Source: a virus (lineage: Duplodnaviria > Caudoviricetes). Taken from it: a DNA stretch of 39,863 bases. Made by a program: the position numbers and the translations under genes. Under the pieces are notes generated by a model. The model was given only the letters and a program-made list of their open reading frames with translations. It did not search any database and had not been told where the DNA came from. Location of the stretch: IMG/VR virus record IMGVR_UViG_3300033076_001356, positions 1 to 39,863 of that record. One strand, written 5' to 3'. Below, one piece after another: positions 26,651 through 37,071 of the stretch. Numbering within the stretch: position 1 is the first letter of the stretch; each line of letters begins with the position of its first letter.

Positions 26651-27093
26651 TATGCCACCTCAACCTTTTTAACGGTTCTTTGCCACAGTGGGGAGTTAAG
26701 GATTTTGCACTGCTCTCGGGTCATTGTATAAATATATAAATCCCCATCAGAGATGTAGTTCTTGATTACCGCTTCTTTAACAAACCCCATATTCTCATCC
26801 AATGCACATGCCGCAGTATTGGTAGATGCTACCTGCCCGGAAATTTTACGTACTTGGAGTCGGTTAAATGGATAATCGAATATCGCAGCAAACCACTCAC
26901 GGGAAGGTACTTTACCCTCGGCTATCCACAGGTGAGCAGTGATGCCTGCTCCATTGTAACAGTCGTAGATAGCTCCCGCAATGGGGCTTCCATTTTCAAC
27001 ACATGCAATACATTGCGCATAGACAGTGGGGACAAAATCCAACTCTTTTGCGAAAAAGGGTATGAATATAGGGCTGCAGTCGACGCTCTTCAT
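26650..27093 (-). CDS. GNAT-family acetyltransferase-like virion assembly protein
   Basis: IFDYPFNRLQVRKI...N..A..LDENMGFVKEA. ATGA overlap gives the start at 27093. Confidence 0.8.
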   Translation of the reverse strand: MKSVDCSPIFIPFFAKELDFVPTVYAQCIACVENGSPIAGAIYDCYNGAGITAHLWIAEGKVPSREWFAAIFDYPFNRLQVRKISGQVASTNTAACALDENMGFVKEAVIKNYISDGDLYIYTMTREQCKILNSPLWQRTVKKVEVA

Positions 27094-28679
27094 ATCGAAG
27101 ATCCCGGCTCGTACACCCAATCGAACGACGCAAGGGATATTGGGTTATCCGACGCTACCCGCATAACCACCGCTGCACACATCCCAATCCCCAATACCGT
27201 CGTCCAGGGTCGACTTACCGTAAGTGATGTACGCCAAATAGCGGCATCCCATAAAGCGGCATCCCACCGATCTGCTGATGTAGCCCCAGCCACAGTACCA
27301 ATCTGATTGGTCAGTGCGTTTATATCGAAATCAGTACTGATAACTAAACGAAACAATACCTCCGAATCTGCCTGGAAAGTGGGTCGTATCATTTTAAAGT
27401 GCTTTAAAGTAGACCGGTTATCCAAGTAGTTATAGGCGGAAAATAGATAGCAATCCACGGGTTCCCCGCCAGTGCCATCCAATTTTACATCTGCAAGTCC
27501 AGTAACCCCATACTCAAGCACACGTCCATTGTCGTCGCCAAAAAAGATGCGGGCCCCGATATTTGTAAAACACCGTGCAGGTAAGAAGATTCTGCTCCAC
27601 GCCCCTGTGACGGTATTCATAAAGAACTGCACTGCGGGAGTGTCGGGTGTCGACGGGATGCCTATAACTACACCCTGCAAAGACGAAAAGTTTTGGATTT
27701 CCCAATTATCTGCAAAGCTGGAATCCGCAAATAACTGAGAAATTATGGGGTTTATATACCGCGTTAAGGTACTCTCAAAAAGAGCTTCCGTAGCAGATCC
27801 TTGAGCTATTTTGGAAATAGGGATAAGACCTGTGGAAGTTAAAAGCAGCGAATCCCCACCAAAATCTACCGAAGATCGCTCTCCTATGGGAGGGGCCACA
27901 AAGTACACCGATACGAGTGTCCAAGTATCCGCATCCGAGGGATCAGACCCCTGATACACGGCTATCTCTCCTGCGGAGGAACGGAATACGAGATATGCAT
28001 TAAGCCCGGCTCCCGAGTTGAAGCTCCAGGACATGATATCTACGATGTAACCGCCGCGGGTAAATACGCCGCCCAAGTAGAAAGGGGTAGCGGCGCCCGC
28101 TACTGCATCTGTGGGCAGGTAATAAGCTGTCATGGTATTCTTTTCAACCAACCATAACCGGCGCTTGTATGCCAGGATAACCGAAATATCTGCGGGGTCT
28201 ACTCCCGATATTTCCCCGGGGTCTGTGGGCCCTACCACCTCTGTAAAAGTGATCCACGCCGTGCCATTCCACATGAACATGGGGTCGGTGCCATTTGCGC
28301 AAATAAGATAGGTATTGGCTACCGTAGCGAATTGGGTAGTATCAACGCGCCCATTTGTAATTCCGTAGACCGCAATCGGAGTACTGGAAGATTCCGTAAC
28401 ATCCCAAACGGAGACATCGGTCATACCAAACATCTGAACGGTGCCATCCCATTTGTTGTAGGTTGCCAACGTTCGCACCTCTCCACCCAAACCGGTGCAG
28501 TGCTCCTTGTAACCCTGCAATGTCGTAAGACCGGTAGTCGTCGGAAGCCAGTTATCAAGTTGTATGCAGAACCCCGCGTCCATTACCGCGAGGGGGTCTA
28601 CCGCATTAAGGCCTTTGCTGGGGCACGGAACGCTGGAAAGAGTGCTCGCCCTACGTTGCCTTCGAAGTCCAACCGACAT
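27090..28679 (-). CDS. Tail nozzle / packaged-DNA stabilisation protein (tubular B / P22 gp10-like)
   Basis: GLNAVDPL...LDNW, GEIAVYQGSDP, WDAALWD, beta-propeller-like composition, position. Confidence 0.75.
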   Translation of the reverse strand: MSVGLRRQRRASTLSSVPCPSKGLNAVDPLAVMDAGFCIQLDNWLPTTTGLTTLQGYKEHCTGLGGEVRTLATYNKWDGTVQMFGMTDVSVWDVTESSSTPIAVYGITNGRVDTTQFATVANTYLICANGTDPMFMWNGTAWITFTEVVGPTDPGEISGVDPADISVILAYKRRLWLVEKNTMTAYYLPTDAVAGAATPFYLGGVFTRGGYIVDIMSWSFNSGAGLNAYLVFRSSAGEIAVYQGSDPSDADTWTLVSVYFVAPPIGERSSVDFGGDSLLLTSTGLIPISKIAQGSATEALFESTLTRYINPIISQLFADSSFADNWEIQNFSSLQGVVIGIPSTPDTPAVQFFMNTVTGAWSRIFLPARCFTNIGARIFFGDDNGRVLEYGVTGLADVKLDGTGGEPVDCYLFSAYNYLDNRSTLKHFKMIRPTFQADSEVLFRLVISTDFDINALTNQIGTVAGATSADRWDAALWDAAIWRTSLTVSRPWTTVLGIGMCAAVVMRVASDNPISLASFDWVYEPGSSI

Positions 28680-28681
28680 AA

Positions 28682-29404
28682 TTAATTCCCGTAGTAAGTG
28701 CCGTCTGGGACATTTTGCCAGCCAATAAGGAGTGAATAGTCATTCGCGGATAGATTTATTGTACGGGCGCCTTGCACCTGGGCCTTTTCATTGGCCAGGA
28801 TATAATTAAACTCACTTTGTAGCACAGTGGTATCGAAGCCCTTCTGCGCCCAGAACTTTACCTTGAGCCCTGATATTAATAATCTGCGGTCAAACAACGG
28901 TATATCGCCGCCACGTTCAATTTTGCTTTTATAAATTGCACTATCTTGCGCATCCCGAATACAGTTTTTTGAGATGTAGTATAGTGCAAATGCTTCCCCA
29001 TCCCCGGGGATGGGGAACACATGGTATGTGTTATCGAGGATACGGTAGCGAAAAAACACCCCGACACTTACAATGCCGTACTGCACCCATGACCACATCT
29101 GTGGGCTATCGGGACCCATCATCGGGCGATTGTCGCTTGTTGCCCACTGGGTTTGATTAACTTGTCGGCCGTAATCTGCTGGAAGGGGGAACTCTGCGGT
29201 CACCCCATCACCTGTAAATGTCATTATTTTTTCAAGATTCTGCCAATCGTGTACTCGTACAATCTCATCGCATAGCGCCTGTAGAAGAGCTATCGCTTGA
29301 GTACCTGTGGGATCTGTATAAGCAGTTGAAAAAGTGGCTGCGGGCATGCCCAGCTCCGCTAACGCTGAATTAACAATATTCTGTGCGGTATCGTAACTGG
29401 GCAT
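28682..29404 (-). CDS. Head-tail adaptor (tail tubular A-like)
   Basis: IVNSALAELG...DWQNL...FPLPADY...VFPIP, position. Confidence 0.75.
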   Translation of the reverse strand: MPSYDTAQNIVNSALAELGMPAATFSTAYTDPTGTQAIALLQALCDEIVRVHDWQNLEKIMTFTGDGVTAEFPLPADYGRQVNQTQWATSDNRPMMGPDSPQMWSWVQYGIVSVGVFFRYRILDNTYHVFPIPGDGEAFALYYISKNCIRDAQDSAIYKSKIERGGDIPLFDRRLLISGLKVKFWAQKGFDTTVLQSEFNYILANEKAQVQGARTINLSANDYSLLIGWQNVPDGTYYGN

Positions 29405-29465
29405 AGCAGTCTCCTAAAGCAGCAGATGGTCGGTGCCAACCTCACATCTGCTTGGGGCAGTCCCC

Positions 29466-30023
29466 CTAACCTTCATTTGCGTTCTTACCTTTTTTACCAG
29501 CCAACTGCGCCTGTAGGGCAGCAATGGTTTCCTGCATGCTTTTTATTTGTGCATGCATCTCGGTAAAGGGTTTTGCTTCCTCCGATTTTTTAAGCCATGC
29601 AGCCGCCTTACGTTTAAGCTCAAACAGCCCGGCCAATTCTGTACAGGCGTGGTCAGAGACCTCCGCCAGCTGCTCGAGTGTACGAATCTTGCGGTAGGCA
29701 AGATCCTCAACTTGCGAGCGGGTAATCCACGGGATCTCTCCCAGGGGAGTGCCTTGCAATTGCTCCGAATCACCTGCCTTGAACTGCTCATACTGCTTGC
29801 GGAACCGGCGAATATCCATCTCCGTCACGGGACGCTTTACGATGTTATTCTGGTTACCCGCTGCAATTATCTCAATATACTCTTTGTCCACGAAAACAGG
29901 ACGTCCCGCCTCTTTACTTTTGGCGGCATCCTCTTTCGGCACGAAATAAAATTTCGCGTACACCCCTTTTGTACTATCTGGATCATCAAAATCTTTTACA
30001 TCAAACTCTGCTGTATCTCTCAT
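29466..30023 (-). CDS. Conserved hypothetical protein of the morphogenesis module
   Basis: GTPLGEIP...IRTLEQLAEVSD, C-terminal coiled coil. Confidence 0.7.
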   Translation of the reverse strand: MRDTAEFDVKDFDDPDSTKGVYAKFYFVPKEDAAKSKEAGRPVFVDKEYIEIIAAGNQNNIVKRPVTEMDIRRFRKQYEQFKAGDSEQLQGTPLGEIPWITRSQVEDLAYRKIRTLEQLAEVSDHACTELAGLFELKRKAAAWLKKSEEAKPFTEMHAQIKSMQETIAALQAQLAGKKGKNANEG

Positions 30024-30041
30024 TTGGCACCTCTTAAGTAT

Positions 30042-30067
30042 AAAAAACCTCCCCTGTTAAGGGGAGG
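30042..30067 (-). terminator. Rho-independent terminator after the capsid genes
   Basis: - strand CCTCCCCT-TAAC-AGGGGAGG-TTTTTT. Confidence 0.8.
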
Positions 30068-30076
30068 GGTTTAGCA

Positions 30077-30901
30077 CTACGATACTGTTACTGTCACCAG
30101 CCAGCGATTTGTATTGCCGTTGTATACGGCTTGTATAATTACTTCATACGTACCTGCCACGGATGCGTCCGCAAATGACAGCGCGCCCGTTGCTGCAACA
30201 ATCTCAAACAGTGCTTCGTCTGCACCACCATAAATACTCCATGCAGCTGTGACGCCATCATCTACCTCATAGGTATCCACAGTTGTAGCTGGGGCAGTTA
30301 CTGCCGGGGTAACATCACCGCCAGTTAACTCCGGAAGCAAATAATCCGGAGCTATAGCGGCAGAATCTGCCGTGGCCATGCCAAACGCAGATTGTCCAGA
30401 TACTAACGTAACACCAGAGCGGTTTTCGAAGCCTGTCTCAATTGCTGACCCATTTGCCACAGATCCTGTCGCAGTAACCAATTTGGCTGCATGACCTGTG
30501 TAGCGATAAGATCCAGCATCACGCTCCGCTCCCTGACCGAAATGAAGTAGGGGCTGCACATCATAAGGGGTTGTATCTGCGATACCTCCCTCAGCTGCAT
30601 CAGAATGGCCCCCGCCTATTGTAGTGAGAATGGCAGTTGTTGCGGCTGTATTATCCGGCTTCGTCACACCTGGAGTATAGTTGTCTGTAAAGCCCGAGCC
30701 TGAGATAGTACCAATCACATGGTTCGCGCCAAACCCTATGCCCGTGCTCAGCGCACCGGTGGAGTAGTTACCTTCAGCGTCATTGTCAAAAGGAGATCCT
30801 GTTGGGCCGCTAAAAGGATCGCAGATAACTGCTTGTCCCTTATCGGCATCATTGACCTGCACAGATGTTTGGGCAGGGAGTTTCATATTTAATGCGGGCA
30901 T
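30077..30901 (-). CDS. Putative capsid decoration protein with C-terminal cadherin-like domain
   Basis: WSIYGGADEALFEIVAATGALSF...YEVIIQA. Confidence 0.6.
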   Translation of the reverse strand: MPALNMKLPAQTSVQVNDADKGQAVICDPFSGPTGSPFDNDAEGNYSTGALSTGIGFGANHVIGTISGSGFTDNYTPGVTKPDNTAATTAILTTIGGGHSDAAEGGIADTTPYDVQPLLHFGQGAERDAGSYRYTGHAAKLVTATGSVANGSAIETGFENRSGVTLVSGQSAFGMATADSAAIAPDYLLPELTGGDVTPAVTAPATTVDTYEVDDGVTAAWSIYGGADEALFEIVAATGALSFADASVAGTYEVIIQAVYNGNTNRWLVTVTVS

Positions 30902-30913
30902 ACCAATTCCTCG

Positions 30914-31216
30914 CTAAATGTTACTAATGTAGGCGTGTTTTAGCACGTCATCGTAAACTGTGCTGTTGATTGGGGGTGCTGAAAATTGCCCGATGGCAAT
31001 CTCTATCTCATTAACCGTCGTCTGCGGAATGTCTATTGCAGCTGCAATTACCCGGAGTATGTCTGATACTGAGCAATATTCCGGTAATTCCAGTTCCATT
31101 GCTGCTGCGTACACCTTCCAATACGTCAGTTCCCGATCCCCCTGTGTGCCTTCAACGGCGCCTGCCATGGAGAAGAACTCCATGGCGGCGTCATCAAGGG
31201 TACCTGCAAAAGGCAT
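30914..31216 (-). CDS. Hypothetical protein downstream of the major capsid gene
   Basis: GGAGG RBS, ORF track. Confidence 0.65.
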   Translation of the reverse strand: MPFAGTLDDAAMEFFSMAGAVEGTQGDRELTYWKVYAAAMELELPEYCSVSDILRVIAAAIDIPQTTVNEIEIAIGQFSAPPINSTVYDDVLKHAYISNI

Positions 31217-31227
31217 TACGCCTCCAA

Positions 31228-32187
31228 TTACGCGTTAACGTCCAAACGACCTTGGAATTGGGCGCCGGAAGTAGTCAAAGCACCCGCCCATGCCAGGATT
31301 TGCACTTCTGCGTCCTGGTTAATGGAGTAGCGTTTGTTCGGGCTCAAAGGCACGAAGTTGCGCGCACTGTGCGGGCGATAATGGATGTACTTAGTGTTCA
31401 GCATAAACGCTGTACCGGTTGGGCAGAAGCCGCCGATGCCACCATCCAACACGCAATCTGCATCCATGAACTTAATCGAGGGGAAGCCCAGGTTGCCCGT
31501 TTCTGGTGAAGTAAAGCGTTGTTGCGCCTGTAAGCTGGCGACATATGCCTGCCATACAGTATTGTCCATCATGATAAGGTCAGGGCGATCCGTACCGCGA
31601 ATCAACTGTCCCCATAAAGCATTCATGTCTGCTTGAATGGTTGTGGTATTCGCCACGTTTTTCAGTTTACTGCGCCAGAAAGTCCACGTTGCGCGATCAA
31701 TACCACCATAAGTGCCAGTGGTCGGATCAAGCGGAACCGCAGCATTCAATCCCACGATCTGCTTACCCGCAGAGCCAGTACCATCTGAGTACAAGCCACT
31801 GCAGATCAGGTTCATCATTGTAGACTCAGCCACATCGATACGGGCAGACATCAAATCGATCATTTGCTCAGGGCCTGCGTTCTGTAACATTTCCAGTCCG
31901 GAAATTACAACAGGGCAAGCAGCCTGCTTAATGTCAAATTGTGCAGCAGATATTACATCTTGCGCAGCAACTGGCAACAGATCATAGCCACTGTAGTAGC
32001 CAGCATTGCCGTTTTCAGCGAATGACAATTCCTCATAAATCAGGCGACCGCCTGAAAATGGGCGTGATTTACCTTTTTGGGAAAGGCGGGTCAACAGGGC
32101 GTTGTTCTTTGTTACGTTATCTGCAATCTTGCGACTGCGTTTTTCAATGGTAGTGGCAATAATGTCACTTACGTTTGCAAAAGCCAT
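31228..32187 (-). CDS. Major capsid protein
   Basis: MAFANVSDIIATTIEKRSRKIADNVTKNNALL...YGGIDRATWTFW...NQDA. It follows the scaffold gene, and the GGAGG RBS gives ATG 32187. Confidence 0.9.
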   Translation of the reverse strand: MAFANVSDIIATTIEKRSRKIADNVTKNNALLTRLSQKGKSRPFSGGRLIYEELSFAENGNAGYYSGYDLLPVAAQDVISAAQFDIKQAACPVVISGLEMLQNAGPEQMIDLMSARIDVAESTMMNLICSGLYSDGTGSAGKQIVGLNAAVPLDPTTGTYGGIDRATWTFWRSKLKNVANTTTIQADMNALWGQLIRGTDRPDLIMMDNTVWQAYVASLQAQQRFTSPETGNLGFPSIKFMDADCVLDGGIGGFCPTGTAFMLNTKYIHYRPHSARNFVPLSPNKRYSINQDAEVQILAWAGALTTSGAQFQGRLDVNA

Positions 32188-32270
32188 AAATCCTCCACGG
32201 ATCAAAAGTTAATTTGAGGTCTGGTGGAGGTTTTTCTCCCTGAAAGTGGGGGTATGCCCCATGAAGTTAC

Positions 32271-32299
32271 ATACTACCCCACTATTCTGTAAGGCGCAA
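32271..32299 (-). promoter_or_regulatory. Sigma70-like promoter upstream of the major capsid gene
   Basis: TTGCGC-17 bp-TAGTAT on the - strand. Confidence 0.55.
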
Positions 32300-32303
32300 C
32301 TAT

Positions 32304-33350
32304 CTAAACGCGCCCTGTTGTGGCCTTCCGGTACGCCTGTGCAACGGTGGAATAGATGTCATCCCCCTCCGCTTCGGTATCCACTTCCACACTACCATTC
32401 GCGGGCAGGCTCGCACTCGCGGCCCTTACCTGCCGTTGTGCAACCTTATTTGCTGTCTGCTGTGTATTCTGCCTGTTCAACATAACCTCCCGAACTTCGG
32501 GAGAAAGCCAGACGGCCTGGTCATACGCATCTGCAAGATCTTTCGCACGGCCCATATCCAGCAGATCTGCCATGATATCCTTAACGTCCCCAAAAAACTC
32601 TTTCTGCTGGGCGAATGACTCGATTGTCTGCTCTACTTGCCCAGTCTCCATGGACATGCGCCAGTTACGCATCTCCTGCAATTCCTGCATAAGTTCGGGG
32701 GGTATAGCTGGTGCAGTGGGGGCGGCCTTCTTAATAACTTCATGCCCCACGGACTGATTAATTATGTCACGTAAAGGTATGCCATACTGATCGCAAATCT
32801 GCATTACTGCATTAAATTTGGTGGGTAAATCTGCCGTACGTAATACGCGTTCGGTCGTCATCACATTTGCAATGTACTGCTCCGGGACAGCTCCCGACTT
32901 TTTAGCCTCCGTTACAAAGGGCTCCAATGATTTGTAAAATGCATTTACAGGGGCATGCTTTTCCTGCAAGTTTCTAACCCCCAACATCGCCGCCTCTTCT
33001 CGCCGCACGATTTCTGCCCTGACGTCCGGGTCCAACTTACCCCACTTTTCCCGTACTTTCGGGTTCCAGCTCGACGGTGCTTTCTCCGCCGTCCACTTAC
33101 CCGCCACTGCCGCGCCATCTTCGAGCACTTTGCCCTCTGGACTCTGCTCTTCTGCCGCTTTAGGGGCGGCGGCCTCTTTCTTGGGGGTAAATCGGCCAAA
33201 ATCATCCCGATCCGATTTCGCTTTGGGCTCCGTCACAAGTTCTTTATCTTCCGGTTGTGATTCGGGGTCTGTCACCCCCGCATCCACCTGCGCCATAGCT
33301 TCGCGGAGTTCGTCACCTATCGATTTTTCAGCTTCATTGTTAGTCGTCAT
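32304..33350 (-). CDS. Capsid scaffolding protein
   Basis: RDDFGRF, APSSW, LADAYDQAVW. Lies between the portal and major capsid genes. Confidence 0.8.
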   Translation of the reverse strand: MTTNNEAEKSIGDELREAMAQVDAGVTDPESQPEDKELVTEPKAKSDRDDFGRFTPKKEAAAPKAAEEQSPEGKVLEDGAAVAGKWTAEKAPSSWNPKVREKWGKLDPDVRAEIVRREEAAMLGVRNLQEKHAPVNAFYKSLEPFVTEAKKSGAVPEQYIANVMTTERVLRTADLPTKFNAVMQICDQYGIPLRDIINQSVGHEVIKKAAPTAPAIPPELMQELQEMRNWRMSMETGQVEQTIESFAQQKEFFGDVKDIMADLLDMGRAKDLADAYDQAVWLSPEVREVMLNRQNTQQTANKVAQRQVRAASASLPANGSVEVDTEAEGDDIYSTVAQAYRKATTGRV

Positions 33351-33744
33351 TTAGCACCTCTAAAGTTGGTTTATATCCATCGCGGACCATAGAAATTGCT
33401 TGCGCAACGTCATTGACCAGCTCCTTTTTATCCAATTTTGGCGCCTGTGAAGGCTTCCCAAAATCACCAGATCGTATCTTGTCGTCTGAATACCCATCCG
33501 CCAATGACACAACACCATTTCGCCGGTTATGCTCCTCCAGCGCGCGCCGTCCTGTGATAATTGACCCGTCCACAGGAGACTTGAACGCATCAAACTTCCC
33601 CAGTACATACCCTCTGGGGGCGTTAAGTATTACCTTGTGCGTCTTTTGCCCACAACATTCGGGGGTGTCCAGGCACTTCGCCACAGTAGATACGTATTCG
33701 TGTATCTGTAAACATTTACCACACTGCGCGTCATACTTCGGCAT
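33340..33744 (-). CDS. FmdB-like zinc-ribbon protein
   Basis: MPKYDAQCGKC...PECCG...FKSPVDG. Confidence 0.75.
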   Translation of the reverse strand: MPKYDAQCGKCLQIHEYVSTVAKCLDTPECCGQKTHKVILNAPRGYVLGKFDAFKSPVDGSIITGRRALEEHNRRNGVVSLADGYSDDKIRSGDFGKPSQAPKLDKKELVNDVAQAISMVRDGYKPTLEVLNDD

Positions 33745-35728
33745 CATTGTCCTCCGCCTTGATCGCCTGCGAAGCCACTTGCCCCTCCAGCTTCATGCCC
33801 TGCATACGTTGCTCAAACAGGAGCTGTAGTTGCATCATCCGCTCCTCCATTGCCATCTTTTCTTTTTCGTGCTGCATCTTCATTTGCTGCAACTGCATAT
33901 CCATATCGGCTTTCTGCTTGCCTACCGCCAAATCAGCCATGGCTTGCATCTTCTCCAGCTGCATCTGTTGGTTATGTGCCTGCTGTTCGCGCTGGGTTTC
34001 CATGGCCTGCGCCTGTAAATCAGCTTTCGCTTTCATTTCTTCGGGGCTTGGGGGTGGCGGCTGCTTAGGCGCTTTCGCCTGTTTGGCCAGGCCATCGAGT
34101 TGCCGATCGATAATCCCCTCGACCTCGGCACTTCCCCGGAAACCTGTAATTGTCCATTTAACCAACGACAACAACAGGGGCGCCAGATCCGGCGGCGCGT
34201 TAACTGCTGACTGCAAGAATTGACTCATGAACCCCATCAACTCCATCCGCTGCCCTTTTTCTAGGGCCCAATCACTTTGCACCAGACTGTCCGCTTTGAT
34301 AGACACTTTATACGACGTCAGAAAATCATTTTGTAATATCTCCACCGCCTGCGGTAAAAATTGTAGGTCAGCTTCGTCGAGGCGCCCCACAATCTGCTCC
34401 AGTTTTGGCTGACTGTACAGCTGGATCATCATCTCTGCCATGATCTGGATAATATGTGTCACGAACTCCGCCACATCGCGCTGATATCCATTCATGCGCA
34501 CCGACGCAAACTGCGCTTTTATTTGCTGCGCTTTCGCTGTTTCGTACTGATTCGAAGCTCCCCGGACAATATCACTCATTCCCGAAACTTCCTGCAACAT
34601 CATTTTGATCGAGTCGAACTGGGCCTGTAATTTCTCCAGTACCATTACGACTTGTTCCACGGGGAACCAATCAATCATGCCCTTGGCTCCTCCCTGCTCC
34701 GCGTACATTGCCCAATTATCCACGGGGATCAATTTGTTCTCCTGTCCCTGCAACATCGTACCAATCTCTGTCGCCGCCGCGTTATAGCAACCTGCAACTT
34801 TTATCGCCTCAATAATCAAGCCCATACGTGCATACAGATGGTCGAGCTGTACATATTGATCCTGTGCGATGTGATAATCCGTAACGGGTAAAAACTCAGA
34901 GGTTACAGGATTTGCAATTAGTGGGGGCGGGCAGGGGAAAAATCCCTTCAACCCGTACGGGTCGGGCTTGGAGTCCAACACATCATCCAACCCCTTGGCC
35001 CAATGCACGACAGTCTTCGTGGTTTTATCCCATATCTCATAGACGCAATACTTATCACTTATGATCTCCTTTTGCGTTAAATTGTTCTTGGAGGTGTAGG
35101 CCTCAATCTGTGAGGCGCGCTCAGCCCCCCACCGCGCAGTAATATCTTTTTTCGTCATCTCCAGTTTACGGAACACCCAACCCACGCGCTCCCACGACCG
35201 GGCGGGCTCATACCCAAAATCCTCCCAGTACACCTGCTCAATGAAAATAGTTTCGGTTCCCTGTACGGGCTGCACGTCGGGCTCTGCTTCGGTGCCGTGA
35301 TCTTCCGTGTCCACCCCGAACCGCACCCATACCTGACCTATGCCAGGCACCAATCGATCCAGGATTGCCGACTTCAGCGCCCCGCTAAAATCCCGCGAGC
35401 ATTCCAGCTCATACGTGAGCCCGCGTTCTATAATCAGCGCCGCAACGCGCGAAGCATCATCGTTATAATCCCCTTTGTGCAGCCGGGAAATATCGGGCTT
35501 CGGTAGTGAATTGAATAAAGACTCCTTGATTGTATTAACGTTGGCATAAAACAGGTTAACCCGCTTCAGTGCTCCCATACCCGTAGAACTGTCCGTCCTG
35601 TCATCCTTGTACCGCGCGTACACCTGCTGCCCATGCGTGTGGGCCTTCTCGAAAAACTTCTCTGCCTTCTGTATCCGCTTACTCCAGACAGATCCCTTGA
35701 CCTCCTTTTTTTTCGCCGCTGCCATCAT
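33731..35728 (-). CDS. Portal protein
   Basis: 665 aa directly after TerL. GFFPCPPPL, SGMSDIVRG, Gln/Met-rich barrel-like C-terminus. Confidence 0.88.
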   Translation of the reverse strand: MMAAAKKKEVKGSVWSKRIQKAEKFFEKAHTHGQQVYARYKDDRTDSSTGMGALKRVNLFYANVNTIKESLFNSLPKPDISRLHKGDYNDDASRVAALIIERGLTYELECSRDFSGALKSAILDRLVPGIGQVWVRFGVDTEDHGTEAEPDVQPVQGTETIFIEQVYWEDFGYEPARSWERVGWVFRKLEMTKKDITARWGAERASQIEAYTSKNNLTQKEIISDKYCVYEIWDKTTKTVVHWAKGLDDVLDSKPDPYGLKGFFPCPPPLIANPVTSEFLPVTDYHIAQDQYVQLDHLYARMGLIIEAIKVAGCYNAAATEIGTMLQGQENKLIPVDNWAMYAEQGGAKGMIDWFPVEQVVMVLEKLQAQFDSIKMMLQEVSGMSDIVRGASNQYETAKAQQIKAQFASVRMNGYQRDVAEFVTHIIQIMAEMMIQLYSQPKLEQIVGRLDEADLQFLPQAVEILQNDFLTSYKVSIKADSLVQSDWALEKGQRMELMGFMSQFLQSAVNAPPDLAPLLLSLVKWTITGFRGSAEVEGIIDRQLDGLAKQAKAPKQPPPPSPEEMKAKADLQAQAMETQREQQAHNQQMQLEKMQAMADLAVGKQKADMDMQLQQMKMQHEKEKMAMEERMMQLQLLFEQRMQGMKLEGQVASQAIKAEDNDAEV

Positions 35729-37071
35729 ATTCTCCGGTAAATACTGTTACTCTTTTCGCGATCAGCAAATAAATTGTTTAAATTCATCGCCACCGAACTG
35801 GTTATAGGTACAACGTTCTTGCGCCCGATATTTTCCGCCCCTTTCTTCGCTGCTTGCGGGTTCATGGCCAATGCAAGCATTCGAAACGCATCTGCGGGGT
35901 TGCTCGCCCAATTGTGGTCGGGCGTTTCCATGAAAATTCGACGTTTATCGTCCCATTTCCGCTGGTATATCCGCAGCGCATTCACCCCGATCCGCACATC
36001 CGGTGACTCCATGTTGAAATAACACTTGGGGAGTGTCTTCCGCACCGCCTGTATACCATCCTGCACCGACAATGAAGGGACAATACTCACCTTCATGCCC
36101 GATGCCATCATCAATTCCCGCGTACTTTTCCCCGTCTGGAATGATTTGTTCTTCGCATCGTGTGGTAAATACGCCACGCCATACGCATACGGCCGAGAGC
36201 GCAGCTCAGCCAATACATCATCAACACTATAACCACTAACAGTAAAAAAATCGATAATTTTAAATTCGCTGCCATTCGTCTGGTAGAACCATATCGACGT
36301 ATCATCACTATATCCTATATCCCATGCGGTCAGTACCGGGAAATTCGGGTCCCACCCGAACACCCCAAAATTTGTTTTCTCCAACTGGTTGAGCAATTTC
36401 CCGTAGTAACTCCCCCGTATCGCCGCCTGGAAGTCACACTCAAACTCCTGACGGAAAGTATCTTCATCACTCCCGGGCAAATGCGCCAGCATATCCAGTT
36501 CTTCGGCATCAATTATCCCGCTCTCCGACGCCTTCAGCATCTGCTTGAACCATTTCGGGTCGTTCGCCGCCTCTTCCCACAGCTCAAAGAAATGATTCGG
36601 CCCCTTCGGGGTACCTATGAACGCCGCCCACCCCTTCCGGTCTGCAAGCGTGGGGGCGATTACCTCCCCAAACAGCCTGGGCGCCATGTCCCCATACTCA
36701 TCCAATATCACCCCATCAAAATACACACCGCGCAACGCGTCGGGGTTGTCCGCTCCGTATAGCCTTATCAGCGCACCATTAACGAGCAATACGCTCAGTT
36801 CCGACTCCATCACCTTCTCAATCACCGGCGCCGCGTAAAACTTTAGATAATTCCACGCCACATCCTTCGCCTGCTTGTAGAACGGGGCAATATACCCATA
36901 CCGCGGCATCGGCAATGCGTTCTGCATCGCCTTATCCACCAGGTCATTAATACACATAACCGTTTTCCCGGCTCGCCGATGCATAACCATCACCGAAAAA
37001 CGCGCAGATCTCCCGTGGAATGCCAGTGAGTGCGCCCGGGGGCGGTAAGGACTCTCAACAATCTTTCGCAT
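35725..37071 (-). CDS. terL: Terminase large subunit
   Basis: [62 protein letters not shown]. Confidence 0.95.
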   Translation of the reverse strand: MRKIVESPYRPRAHSLAFHGRSARFSVMVMHRRAGKTVMCINDLVDKAMQNALPMPRYGYIAPFYKQAKDVAWNYLKFYAAPVIEKVMESELSVLLVNGALIRLYGADNPDALRGVYFDGVILDEYGDMAPRLFGEVIAPTLADRKGWAAFIGTPKGPNHFFELWEEAANDPKWFKQMLKASESGIIDAEELDMLAHLPGSDEDTFRQEFECDFQAAIRGSYYGKLLNQLEKTNFGVFGWDPNFPVLTAWDIGYSDDTSIWFYQTNGSEFKIIDFFTVSGYSVDDVLAELRSRPYAYGVAYLPHDAKNKSFQTGKSTRELMMASGMKVSIVPSLSVQDGIQAVRKTLPKCYFNMESPDVRIGVNALRIYQRKWDDKRRIFMETPDHNWASNPADAFRMLALAMNPQAAKKGAENIGRKNVVPITSSVAMNLNNLFADREKSNSIYRRI

